Shown here: positions 56,911 through 64,000 of the stretch, piece by piece | Layout of the letters: every line of letters begins with the position of its first letter | How positions within the stretch are numbered: the stretch's first letter is position 1 | Assembly: GCF_051954575.1 (NCBI RefSeq) | Contig: NZ_JBQCHP010000065.1 | Location: 16,952 to 80,951 of the forward strand | Reading direction: 5' to 3' | DNA: 64,000 bases | Origin: Dyella sp. | GTDB taxonomy: Bacteria; Pseudomonadota; Gammaproteobacteria; Xanthomonadales; Rhodanobacteraceae | The notes under the pieces: generated by a model | Databases searched by the model: none | Seen by the model: the letters and a program-made list of their open reading frames with translations, nothing else | What the model was told of the DNA's origin: nothing | Made by a program: the position numbers and the translations under genes

Positions 56911-58263
56911 ATGCAGGCTGTGAACGACGCCAAGCTTGCCCTGCGCATTTTCCCGCGCGAGCAGCACACGATTTCCCGCAAGAACATCAGCAAGGCGGCC
57001 TTGCGCGTGCTCTATCGCCTCAACGAAGCCGGCTACGACGCCTACCTGGTCGGCGGCGCCGTGCGCGACCTCTTGCTGGGCGGGCACCCGAAGGATTTCG
57101 ACGTGGCCACCAACGCCACGCCGGACGAGGTGAAGAAGCTGTTCCGCAACTGCCGCCTGATCGGCCGCCGTTTCCGCCTGGCGCACGTGGTGTACGGCAA
57201 CGAGATCATCGAGGTGGCCACCTTCCGCGGCACCAGTGAGGAAGAGGGTGTCGAGGGCGATCGCCACATCGTCGACGGCCGCATCGTGCGCGACAACGTG
57301 TGGGGCAGCATCGAGGAAGACGCCATCCGCCGCGACTTCCGCGTCAACGCGATGTACTACGACATCAGCGATTTCTCGGTGCGCGACTACGTCGGCGGCA
57401 TGCAGGATCTAAAGGATCGCGTACTGCACCTGATCGGCGATCCGGCCACACGCTATCGCGAAGATCCGGTGCGCATGCTGCGCGCCGCGCGCCTGGCGGC
57501 CAAGCTGGATTTCCATATCGATCCCTCCGGTTCCGCGCCGTTTGCGGAACTGGGCCCGCTGCTCAGCGGCGTGGCGCCGGCGCGCTTGTTCGACGAATCG
57601 CTGAAGATGTTCCTGGCCGGCCACGGACGCAAAAGCTTCCGCATGCTCGAAGAGTGCGGCCTGCTCAAATACATGTTTCCGGCCACCGCGCGCGCGCTCA
57701 AGCGCGGCGACGTGGCGCTGCGTTCGCTGATCGAGCGCGGCCTGGAAAACACCGACGCGCGCGTGGTCGAAGGCAAGTCGGTGACGCCGGCGTTCCTGTT
57801 CGCGGTGCTGTTGTGGGGCGAGGTGCGCGATCTTGCGCATACCTGGATCACCCACGGCAAGGACGCCAACGAAGCGTGGGCGCGCGCGGCCGTGCACGTG
57901 GTGGCCGAGCAATGCCAGCGCGTGGCGATCCCGCGCCGCTTCACCATCACCATGGAAGAGATCTGGTCGCTGCAACCGCGCTTCGAGCAGATCCAGCGCA
58001 AGAAAGTATTCCGCCTGCTGGCGCATCCGCGTTTCCGCGCCGCGTTCGATTTCCTGCTGCTGCGCGAAGCCGAATCGCCGGCGATCGGCGAACTCGGTCG
58101 CTGGTGGGAGCACGCGCAGCAATTGCCGCATGAAACGCTTGCTGCGGCGCTGCCGCTGCACCAGGCGAATGCGGCGGGGGATATCGAGCCAGTGCGTGCG
58201 GCGGCTCCGCGCAAACGCAAGCGCCGCCGCAAGCCCGCCGCCGGCAAATCCGGAACGGCCTGA
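56911..58263 (+). CDS. pcnB: poly(A) polymerase I
   Basis: YLVGGAVRDLLLG..PKDFDVAT, CRLIGRRF.LAH, RRDF..NA.YY, EDPVRMLRA, HPRFRAA.DFL. Confidence 0.95.
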   Translation: MQAVNDAKLALRIFPREQHTISRKNISKAALRVLYRLNEAGYDAYLVGGAVRDLLLGGHPKDFDVATNATPDEVKKLFRNCRLIGRRFRLAHVVYGNEIIEVATFRGTSEEEGVEGDRHIVDGRIVRDNVWGSIEEDAIRRDFRVNAMYYDISDFSVRDYVGGMQDLKDRVLHLIGDPATRYREDPVRMLRAARLAAKLDFHIDPSGSAPFAELGPLLSGVAPARLFDESLKMFLAGHGRKSFRMLEECGLLKYMFPATARALKRGDVALRSLIERGLENTDARVVEGKSVTPAFLFAVLLWGEVRDLAHTWITHGKDANEAWARAAVHVVAEQCQRVAIPRRFTITMEEIWSLQPRFEQIQRKKVFRLLAHPRFRAAFDFLLLREAESPAIGELGRWWEHAQQLPHETLAAALPLHQANAAGDIEPVRAAAPRKRKRRRKPAAGKSGTA

Positions 58264-58739
58264 TGCGCGCCTACGTGGCGCTGGGCAGCAATCTCGGCGA
58301 TTCGCGGCAACACCTGCTGGATGCCATCGAGGCGCTGGCGGCATTGCCGCAGATCGCGGTGATCGCGCGCTCGCGCATTTACCGCACGCCGCCGTGGGGC
58401 GTGACCGATCAACCGGATTTTCTCAATGCGGTGCTGGCGCTTGAAACGACGCTGCCGCCGCACGACCTGCTGGACGCCTTGCTGGCCATCGAGCGCGCCG
58501 CGGGCCGCCAGCGCAGCGGCGAGCGCTGGGGGCCGCGCACGCTCGATCTGGATCTGCTGCATGTCGCTGGCCAGACTATCAACGATGAACGCCTGACCTT
58601 GCCGCATCCGCATATCGCCGATCGCGCCTTCGTGCTGCTGCCGCTGCACGATGTGGCGCCTGAGTTGGACATTCCCGGTCAGGGCAAGGTAGTCGAGCTT
58701 CTACGGAACGTTGATGCGCAGGGCTGTACGGCTCTGTAG
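58263..58739 (+). CDS. folK: 2-amino-4-hydroxy-6-hydroxymethyldihydropteridine diphosphokinase
   Basis: YVALGSNLG, Q.DFLNAV, RWGPRTLDLDLL, LPHP. Confidence 0.96.
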   Translation: MRAYVALGSNLGDSRQHLLDAIEALAALPQIAVIARSRIYRTPPWGVTDQPDFLNAVLALETTLPPHDLLDALLAIERAAGRQRSGERWGPRTLDLDLLHVAGQTINDERLTLPHPHIADRAFVLLPLHDVAPELDIPGQGKVVELLRNVDAQGCTAL

Positions 58740-58800
58740 GCTGGGATGCAATCCCAGCATCGCCATCCACCCCACATGCCGGGATTGCATCCCAGCCTAC
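58736..58800. repeat. GTAG REP doublet, family D
   Basis: GTAGGCTGGGATGCAATCCCAGC ... GCCGGGATTGCATCCCAGCCTAC. Confidence 0.88.
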
Positions 58801-58859
58801 CTTTCGCTTGAGCGCTGCCCGCTCAACGCCCGATAATTGTTCACCGCAACATTGAAGGA

Positions 58860-59696
58860 ATGCCCGTGTACGTGGAAAACGCCAGCGCTCCTGCCCGCAA
58901 GCCGGTCACTGTGCCGAGCCTGCATGCGATGAAGGTGGAAGGGCGCAAGATCGTGATGCTCACCGCGTACGACGCGAGCTTCGCCGCGCAACTGGAGTTC
59001 GCCGGTGTCGATATCGCGCTGGTCGGCGATTCGCTCGGCATGGTGGTGCAGGGCCAGCGCAGCACGCTGCCGGTGACGCTCGACCAGATGGCCTACCACA
59101 CCGGCATGGTGGCGCGCGGCTTGTCCGCCACGCTGCTGGTCACCGACATGCCGTTCATGGCCGATCGCAACGCCGACTACGCGCTGGAAGCCGGCGCGCG
59201 ACTGGTCGGCGAGGCGGGTGCGGCGATGGTAAAGATCGAAGGCGCAGCGCCGCACATTCTTGAATCGATCCATGCGTTGACCGAACGCGCGATTCCCGTC
59301 TGCGCCCATCTCGGGCTTACGCCACAATCCGTGCATAAATTCGGCGGCTACAAGGTGCAGGGTCGCGAGCACGAAGCGGCCGAACGCGTGCTCAGCGAGG
59401 CGCTGGCGGTGCAGCAGGCCGGCGCCGACATCCTGGTGCTGGAAGGCGTGCCGACCGCGCTGGGCCACCGCGTCACGCAGGCACTGGACATCCCTGTCAT
59501 CGGCATCGGCGCTGGCCCGCATTGCGATGGCCAAGTGCTGGTGATTTACGACATGCTGGGCATCACGCCCGGCAAGCGGCCCAAGTTCAGCAAGGATTTC
59601 CTTGCCGGCCGCGACTCGGTGCAGGACGCCATCGCCGCCTACGTCGCCGACGTGCGCAGCGGCGCGTTTCCCGCCGCCGAACACGGTTACAACTGA
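58860..59696 (+). CDS. panB: 3-methyl-2-oxobutanoate hydroxymethyltransferase
   Basis: MLTAYD, LVGDSLGM, D.PF, VKIEG, HLGLTPQS, IGIGAG..CDGQVLV; start 58860 or GTG 58866. Confidence 0.97.
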   Translation: MPVYVENASAPARKPVTVPSLHAMKVEGRKIVMLTAYDASFAAQLEFAGVDIALVGDSLGMVVQGQRSTLPVTLDQMAYHTGMVARGLSATLLVTDMPFMADRNADYALEAGARLVGEAGAAMVKIEGAAPHILESIHALTERAIPVCAHLGLTPQSVHKFGGYKVQGREHEAAERVLSEALAVQQAGADILVLEGVPTALGHRVTQALDIPVIGIGAGPHCDGQVLVIYDMLGITPGKRPKFSKDFLAGRDSVQDAIAAYVADVRSGAFPAAEHGYN

Positions 59697-59709
59697 AGAA
59701 GACTCATTC

Positions 59710-60555
59710 ATGCAAACGCTTCAAGACGCAGCAGGCCTGCGCGCCACCATTCGCGGCTGGCGCACCCAAGGGCACACGGTCGGCTTCGTGCCGACCATGG
59801 GCAACCTGCACGCGGGCCATCACTCGCTGGTGAAGCTGGCGCGCGCGCGTGCCGATCGCGTGGTGGCGAGCGTGTTCGTGAACCCCACGCAGTTCGGCCC
59901 GAACGAGGATTTCGAACGCTATCCGCGCACGCTGGCGCAGGATCAGGCCGGCCTGGCCGAATCCGGCTGCGACCTGCTGTTCGCGCCGGACGTGACGACC
60001 CTATATCCGTTCGGCGCCGACAAGAGCGTGAGCCTGCACGTGCCGGAACTCACCGATACCCTGGAAGGCGCGCACCGGCCCGGCCATTTCGATGGCGTGG
60101 CCACGGTGGTGTGCAAGCTGTTCAACCTGGTGCAGCCGGATATCGCCATCTTCGGTCAGAAGGATTTCCAGCAGCTCAAAGTGATCGAACGCATGGTGCG
60201 CGACCTGTCACTGCCGGTGAAGGTGATGGGCGCTCCGACCCAGCGCGCCGACGACGGCCTGGCGCTGAGCTCGCGCAACCAGTACCTGTCGGACGCCGAC
60301 CGCGCTACCGCGCCGCTGATCTACGAAACCTTGCAGCAGATGCGTGAGCTGATCGCCAAGGGCCACGCGCGCAAGGTAGTGGAGCAGGCGGCGGCATCCA
60401 AGCTGGAACGTGCCGGCTTCGTCCCTGATTACGCCGCTATCCGGCGCGCCGAAGACCTCGCCGAGCCGGCCGATGGTGAGCACGAGGGCCTGGTAGCGCT
60501 GATCGCCGCCAAGCTGGGCAGCACCCGGCTGATCGATAACCTGTTGTTCGACTGA
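59710..60555 (+). CDS. panC: pantoate--beta-alanine ligase
   Basis: FVPTMGNLHAGH, FVNPTQFG, RPGHFDGV, FGQKD.QQ, ALSSRN, RLIDN. Confidence 0.97.
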   Translation: MQTLQDAAGLRATIRGWRTQGHTVGFVPTMGNLHAGHHSLVKLARARADRVVASVFVNPTQFGPNEDFERYPRTLAQDQAGLAESGCDLLFAPDVTTLYPFGADKSVSLHVPELTDTLEGAHRPGHFDGVATVVCKLFNLVQPDIAIFGQKDFQQLKVIERMVRDLSLPVKVMGAPTQRADDGLALSSRNQYLSDADRATAPLIYETLQQMRELIAKGHARKVVEQAAASKLERAGFVPDYAAIRRAEDLAEPADGEHEGLVALIAAKLGSTRLIDNLLFD

Positions 60556-60667
60556 GCCTTGCGCGGCATTGGGTCGATCCCCACATACCGGCCAGGCGCC
60601 GTTGCGGCCATGACCGTTGCGGCAGGATAATAGTGAGCTATGCAGGCAGTTCCTGCTGGAAAAAGTC

Positions 60668-61054
60668 ATGCACCTGAACATGCTCAAGGCGAAGATCCAT
60701 CGTGCCACCGTGACCCACGCGGAACTGCACTATGAAGGTTCGATCGCCATCGATGGCCTGCTGCTCGACGCGTCGGGTATTCGCGAATACGAACAGATCC
60801 ACGCCTGGAACATCAACAACGGCAAGCGCTTCGTCACCTATGCGCTGCGCGCCGAAGAAGGCTCCGGCATCATCTCCGTGAACGGCAGCGCCGCGCACCG
60901 CGCCAAGCCCGGCGACCTGGTCATCATCGCGGCCTTCGTCCATCTCGACCAGGCGGAAGTGGAGCAATTCCAGCCGACCCTGGTGTACGTGGACAAGGAC
61001 AACCGCATCAGCCATACCAATCGCTCGATTCCGAAGCAGATGGCTGCCGCCTGA
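60668..61054 (+). CDS. panD: aspartate 1-decarboxylase
   Basis: [12 protein letters not shown]...LHYEG/SI.ID self-cleavage site; RF.TY, NG.AA. Confidence 0.97.
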   Translation: MHLNMLKAKIHRATVTHAELHYEGSIAIDGLLLDASGIREYEQIHAWNINNGKRFVTYALRAEEGSGIISVNGSAAHRAKPGDLVIIAAFVHLDQAEVEQFQPTLVYVDKDNRISHTNRSIPKQMAAA

Positions 61055-61055
61055 C

Positions 61056-61127
61056 GTAGGTTGGGGTGCAAACCCCAACGTCATCATCTTATGCATCGGG
61101 CATGTTGGGGTTTGCACCCCAACCTAC
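61056..61127. repeat. GTAG REP doublet, family B
   Basis: Perfect inverted arms between convergent panD and queG. Confidence 0.92.
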
Positions 61128-62191
61128 GGGTGTCGTGCGAGCGCCCAGGCTACGTGCTCGCGCACCATTGCCGATGGATGCGCCGCCTGCGCCTGCAACG
61201 CGCTACGCACGTCTTCTGAGGTGGGCGCATTTCCCAGCGCCACAGCGATATTGCGCAACCAGCCTTCGTAACCGGCGCGGCGAATCGCCATGCCTTCGGT
61301 GCGCTTGAGAAACTCCTCTTCGCTCCACGCGAACAGTTCCACCAGCTTGGCGCCATCCAGGCTGTGCCGCGGCGCGAAATCCGGTTCGGTGGCGTCCTGC
61401 GCAAACTTGTTCCACGGACAGATCAGCTGGCAATCGTCGCAGCCGAAGATGCGGTTGCCCATCGGTGCGCGCAGTTCTTCCGGGATCGCGCCTTTCAATT
61501 CGATCGTGAGATAGGAAATGCAGCGGCGTGCGTCCAGCCGATACGGCGCGACGATCGCTTGCGTCGGGCAGATGTCGATGCATTTCCTGCACGTACCGCA
61601 ATGCGCGCTGGCCGGTGCGTCGACCGGCAGCGGCAGGTTGGTATACAGCTCGCCCAGGAAGAAATACGAGCCGGCCTGGCGGTGGATCAGCACCGTGTGC
61701 TTGCCGATCCAGCCGAGCCCCGCGTTGCGCGCCAGCGCTTTTTCCAGCACTGGCGCGGAATCGACATAGGCGCGATAACCGAAATCACCCACAGCTTCGC
61801 GAATGCGTTCGGCCAGCTTCTGCAGGCGGTTGCGCATCAGCTTGTGATAGTCGCGCCCCAAGGCGTAGCGCGCCACGTAGCCGGTCTCGGCATCGCGCAG
61901 CACATCCCAGGCGTGCTGGGTGCCGGGCGGCAGGTAATCCATGCGCACCGAAATCACGCGCTGTGTGCCGGGTTCGAGTTCATCCGGGCGGCTGCGCTTG
62001 GTGCCATGGCGCGCCATGTAGTCCATGTCGCCGTGGTAGCTGTCGTCCAGCCAGCGCTGGAGGTGCTGTTCGTCCTGTTCCAGCGTCACGCCGCTGATGC
62101 CGGCCTCGGCAAAGCCCAGTTCGCGCGCCCAACGTTTGATATCGCGGGCGAGTGCGAGGTAGTCGGGGGCGACGTGCGGGGACATTTGCAT
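61124..62191 (-). CDS. queG: epoxyqueuosine reductase
   Basis: YA.GRDYH, VDSAPVLE, GLGWIGK, CG.C..CID.CPT.A, RCISYLTIE, FGCDDCQLICPWN. Confidence 0.96.
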   Translation of the reverse strand: MQMSPHVAPDYLALARDIKRWARELGFAEAGISGVTLEQDEQHLQRWLDDSYHGDMDYMARHGTKRSRPDELEPGTQRVISVRMDYLPPGTQHAWDVLRDAETGYVARYALGRDYHKLMRNRLQKLAERIREAVGDFGYRAYVDSAPVLEKALARNAGLGWIGKHTVLIHRQAGSYFFLGELYTNLPLPVDAPASAHCGTCRKCIDICPTQAIVAPYRLDARRCISYLTIELKGAIPEELRAPMGNRIFGCDDCQLICPWNKFAQDATEPDFAPRHSLDGAKLVELFAWSEEEFLKRTEGMAIRRAGYEGWLRNIAVALGNAPTSEDVRSALQAQAAHPSAMVREHVAWALARHP

Positions 62192-62226
62192 AGTGTAGTG
62201 CGCTGGCTACTCCCTATAATCCGCCG

Positions 62227-63711
62227 ATGCATGCAGACCGCCACCTTCGCGATCTCTACACCGTCGAGCAGGTTCGCGCACTCGACCGGCGCGCCAATGA
62301 CGACCTCGGCGTCACCGGCTTCGAGCTGATGAACCGGGCCGCCGCAGCGGCGCTCACCTTCCTGTGCCAGCAATGGCCACAGGCGCGGCGACTGGTGGTG
62401 TTCTGTGGCCCGGGCAACAACGGCGGCGATGGCTATCTGCTGGCGAACCTGGCCTATGAAGCGGGCATGGCGGTCGAGGTAATGGAGCTTACCGATACTG
62501 CAAGCGGCGATGCGGCGCGCGCGCGTGAAACCTGGCAACGTGGCGCAGGCCTCACGCACCGCTGGCGTCAGGATGCATCGTTGCCGCCGGCCGATGTCTA
62601 TGTGGATGCGCTCTACGGCACCGGCTTGAACCGCGCGCCGGAATCCGAGGCCAGCGCCTTGATCGAGCGCATCAACGCGGCCAGCATCCCGGTGCTGGCG
62701 CTCGATGTACCGTCCGGCGTGAACGCGGATACGGGACATTGCCCGGGCACGGCGATACGTGCGCACGCTACCGTCGGTTTCATCGCGGCCAAGCGCGGTC
62801 TTTACACCGGGCAGGCCACCACCAAAACCGGCGCCGTGGTTGCCGATGCGCTCGGCTTGCCTGACATCCTGTGGCAGGGCATGCCAGCCGATGCCGTGCT
62901 GCTTGACGCCATGCATCTGGGGCCGCGTTCGCGCGATGCGCACAAGGGCGATAACGGTCACGTGCTGGCGATCGGTGGCGATCACGGCACGGCCGGCGCA
63001 ATTGGCTTGTGCAGCGAAGCCGCGCTGCGTTGCGGCGCCGGGCTGGTGAGCGTGGCGACGCGCACGGAAAACCTGTTTGCCTTGAACTGTGCGCGTCCGG
63101 AATTGATGCCGCATGGCGTGCATGGGCCGCAGGAATTGCAAGCCTTGTTGACGCGCGCCACGGTACTCGCCGTTGGACCGGGATTGGGGCAGGCCGCCTG
63201 GGGCCATGCGTTATGGCTCACCGCGCTCGACAGCGGCAAGCCGCTGGTGTTGGATGCCGACGGCTTGAACCTGCTTGCGCAGGAACAACACCGCTTCACC
63301 ACGCCTGCCGTGCTCACCCCGCATCCAGGCGAGGCGGCGCGGCTGCTCGAAAAGAGCAACGCCGATATACAACAGGATCGCTTTGCCGCGGCGCGCGAGC
63401 TGGCGCAGCGCTATGGCGCGGTGATCGTGCTCAAGGGTGCGGGCTCGCTTATCGCGCACCCAGATGGACGTCTAGACGTCTGCACCTGGGGTAATCCCGG
63501 CATGGCCAGTGGCGGCATGGGCGACCTGCTCACCGGCGTGATCGCCGCGCTGATGGCGCAGGGCAGCACCGCCTGGGATGCGGCACGCATCGGTGTCGGC
63601 CTGCATGCGCGCGCCGGCGACGTCGCCGCACGCAAGGGCGAGCGTGGCCTGCTCGCCACGGATCTCCTGGAACCGCTGCGCGCACTCGGCAACGGCATCG
63701 AGCATGAGTGA
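62227..63711 (+). CDS. nnr: bifunctional NAD(P)H-hydrate epimerase/dehydratase
   Basis: GPGNNGGDG, DVPSG, HKG..G.V..IGG, LTPH.GEAARLL, GGMGD.L.G. Confidence 0.95.
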   Translation: MHADRHLRDLYTVEQVRALDRRANDDLGVTGFELMNRAAAAALTFLCQQWPQARRLVVFCGPGNNGGDGYLLANLAYEAGMAVEVMELTDTASGDAARARETWQRGAGLTHRWRQDASLPPADVYVDALYGTGLNRAPESEASALIERINAASIPVLALDVPSGVNADTGHCPGTAIRAHATVGFIAAKRGLYTGQATTKTGAVVADALGLPDILWQGMPADAVLLDAMHLGPRSRDAHKGDNGHVLAIGGDHGTAGAIGLCSEAALRCGAGLVSVATRTENLFALNCARPELMPHGVHGPQELQALLTRATVLAVGPGLGQAAWGHALWLTALDSGKPLVLDADGLNLLAQEQHRFTTPAVLTPHPGEAARLLEKSNADIQQDRFAAARELAQRYGAVIVLKGAGSLIAHPDGRLDVCTWGNPGMASGGMGDLLTGVIAALMAQGSTAWDAARIGVGLHARAGDVAARKGERGLLATDLLEPLRALGNGIEHE

Positions 63712-64000
63712 GCAGCACTGGGAGCTGCCCGATGAAGACGCTACGCGCGCCCTGGGCGCGCAGGTTGCCGGCGCGCCCGACGGCGGCCTGGTGGTCTACC
63801 TGCGTGGCGAACTCGGCGCCGGCAAGACCAGCTTCGCCCGGGCCTTGTTGACGGCGCTGGGCGTCGGCGAGCGCATCAAGAGTCCCACCTATAGCCTGGT
63901 CGAGGGCTATCAGACCCGCGATGGGCGTCCCGCCTGGCATCTGGATCTCTACCGCATTGCCGATCCCGGCGAACTCGAATGGCTGGGCCTGGACGCGCTG
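63704..64000 (+). CDS. tsaE: tRNA threonylcarbamoyladenosine biosynthesis ATPase, partial (runs off the window)
   Basis: LRGELGAGKTSFAR, KSPTYSLVE.Y, HLDLYR; ATG overlaps the nnr end. Confidence 0.95.
   Translation, partial: MSEQHWELPDEDATRALGAQVAGAPDGGLVVYLRGELGAGKTSFARALLTALGVGERIKSPTYSLVEGYQTRDGRPAWHLDLYRIADPGELEWLGLDAL

Noticed and set aside
56633-56911. 92-aa ORF upstream of pcnB
   Set aside because: No RBS, atypical composition and no motif; more likely promoter/leader DNA shared by tRNA-Glu and pcnB.
4417-61127. Recurrent 24-30 bp repeats as a CRISPR array
   Set aside because: They occur as dispersed inverted pairs, not direct repeats with unique spacers, and no cas genes are present; they are REPs.

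Overview
High-GC chromosomal window, inferred from gene content and synteny to be Xanthomonadales (Rhodanobacteraceae: Dyella/Rhodanobacter-like). It holds mostly housekeeping blocks: fabV; aminotransferase-mdh; lpxH-ppi; phoBR-ppk1-ppx; bepA-grxC-icd; thiD-phoH-bcp-gcvR-dapA; fdxA-tRNA-Glu-pcnB-folK-panBCD; queG-nnr-tsaE. A patchwork of accessory genes lies at about 0.4-28 kb and 32-35.5 kb. No CRISPR array, prophage or intact IS was found. The unusual layer is intergenic: three classes of palindromic repeats (GTAG-tagged REPs, CGTC-tagged REPs, and a CCCTCCCC-type ~120 bp element). Top candidate for an undescribed system: a ~50% GC, catalytically intact 96-aa GIY-YIG nuclease gene (51055-51345) that fills the spacer of an inverted CGTC-REP pair, while gene-less doublets of the same REP are scattered through the window. 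This suggests an autonomous/non-autonomous pair for a REP class with no mobiliser known to me. Other highlights: a four-level nested repeat with IS10-like termini (27731-28120), a tandem pair of PilZ-barrel-like unknown proteins beside an EAL-GGDEF gene, a ferritin-like/Fer4_19/2xCDGSH fusion, and a TpsB-type translocator paired with a lipoprotein lacking a TPS domain. All family assignments come from motif recognition by eye, not database searches.
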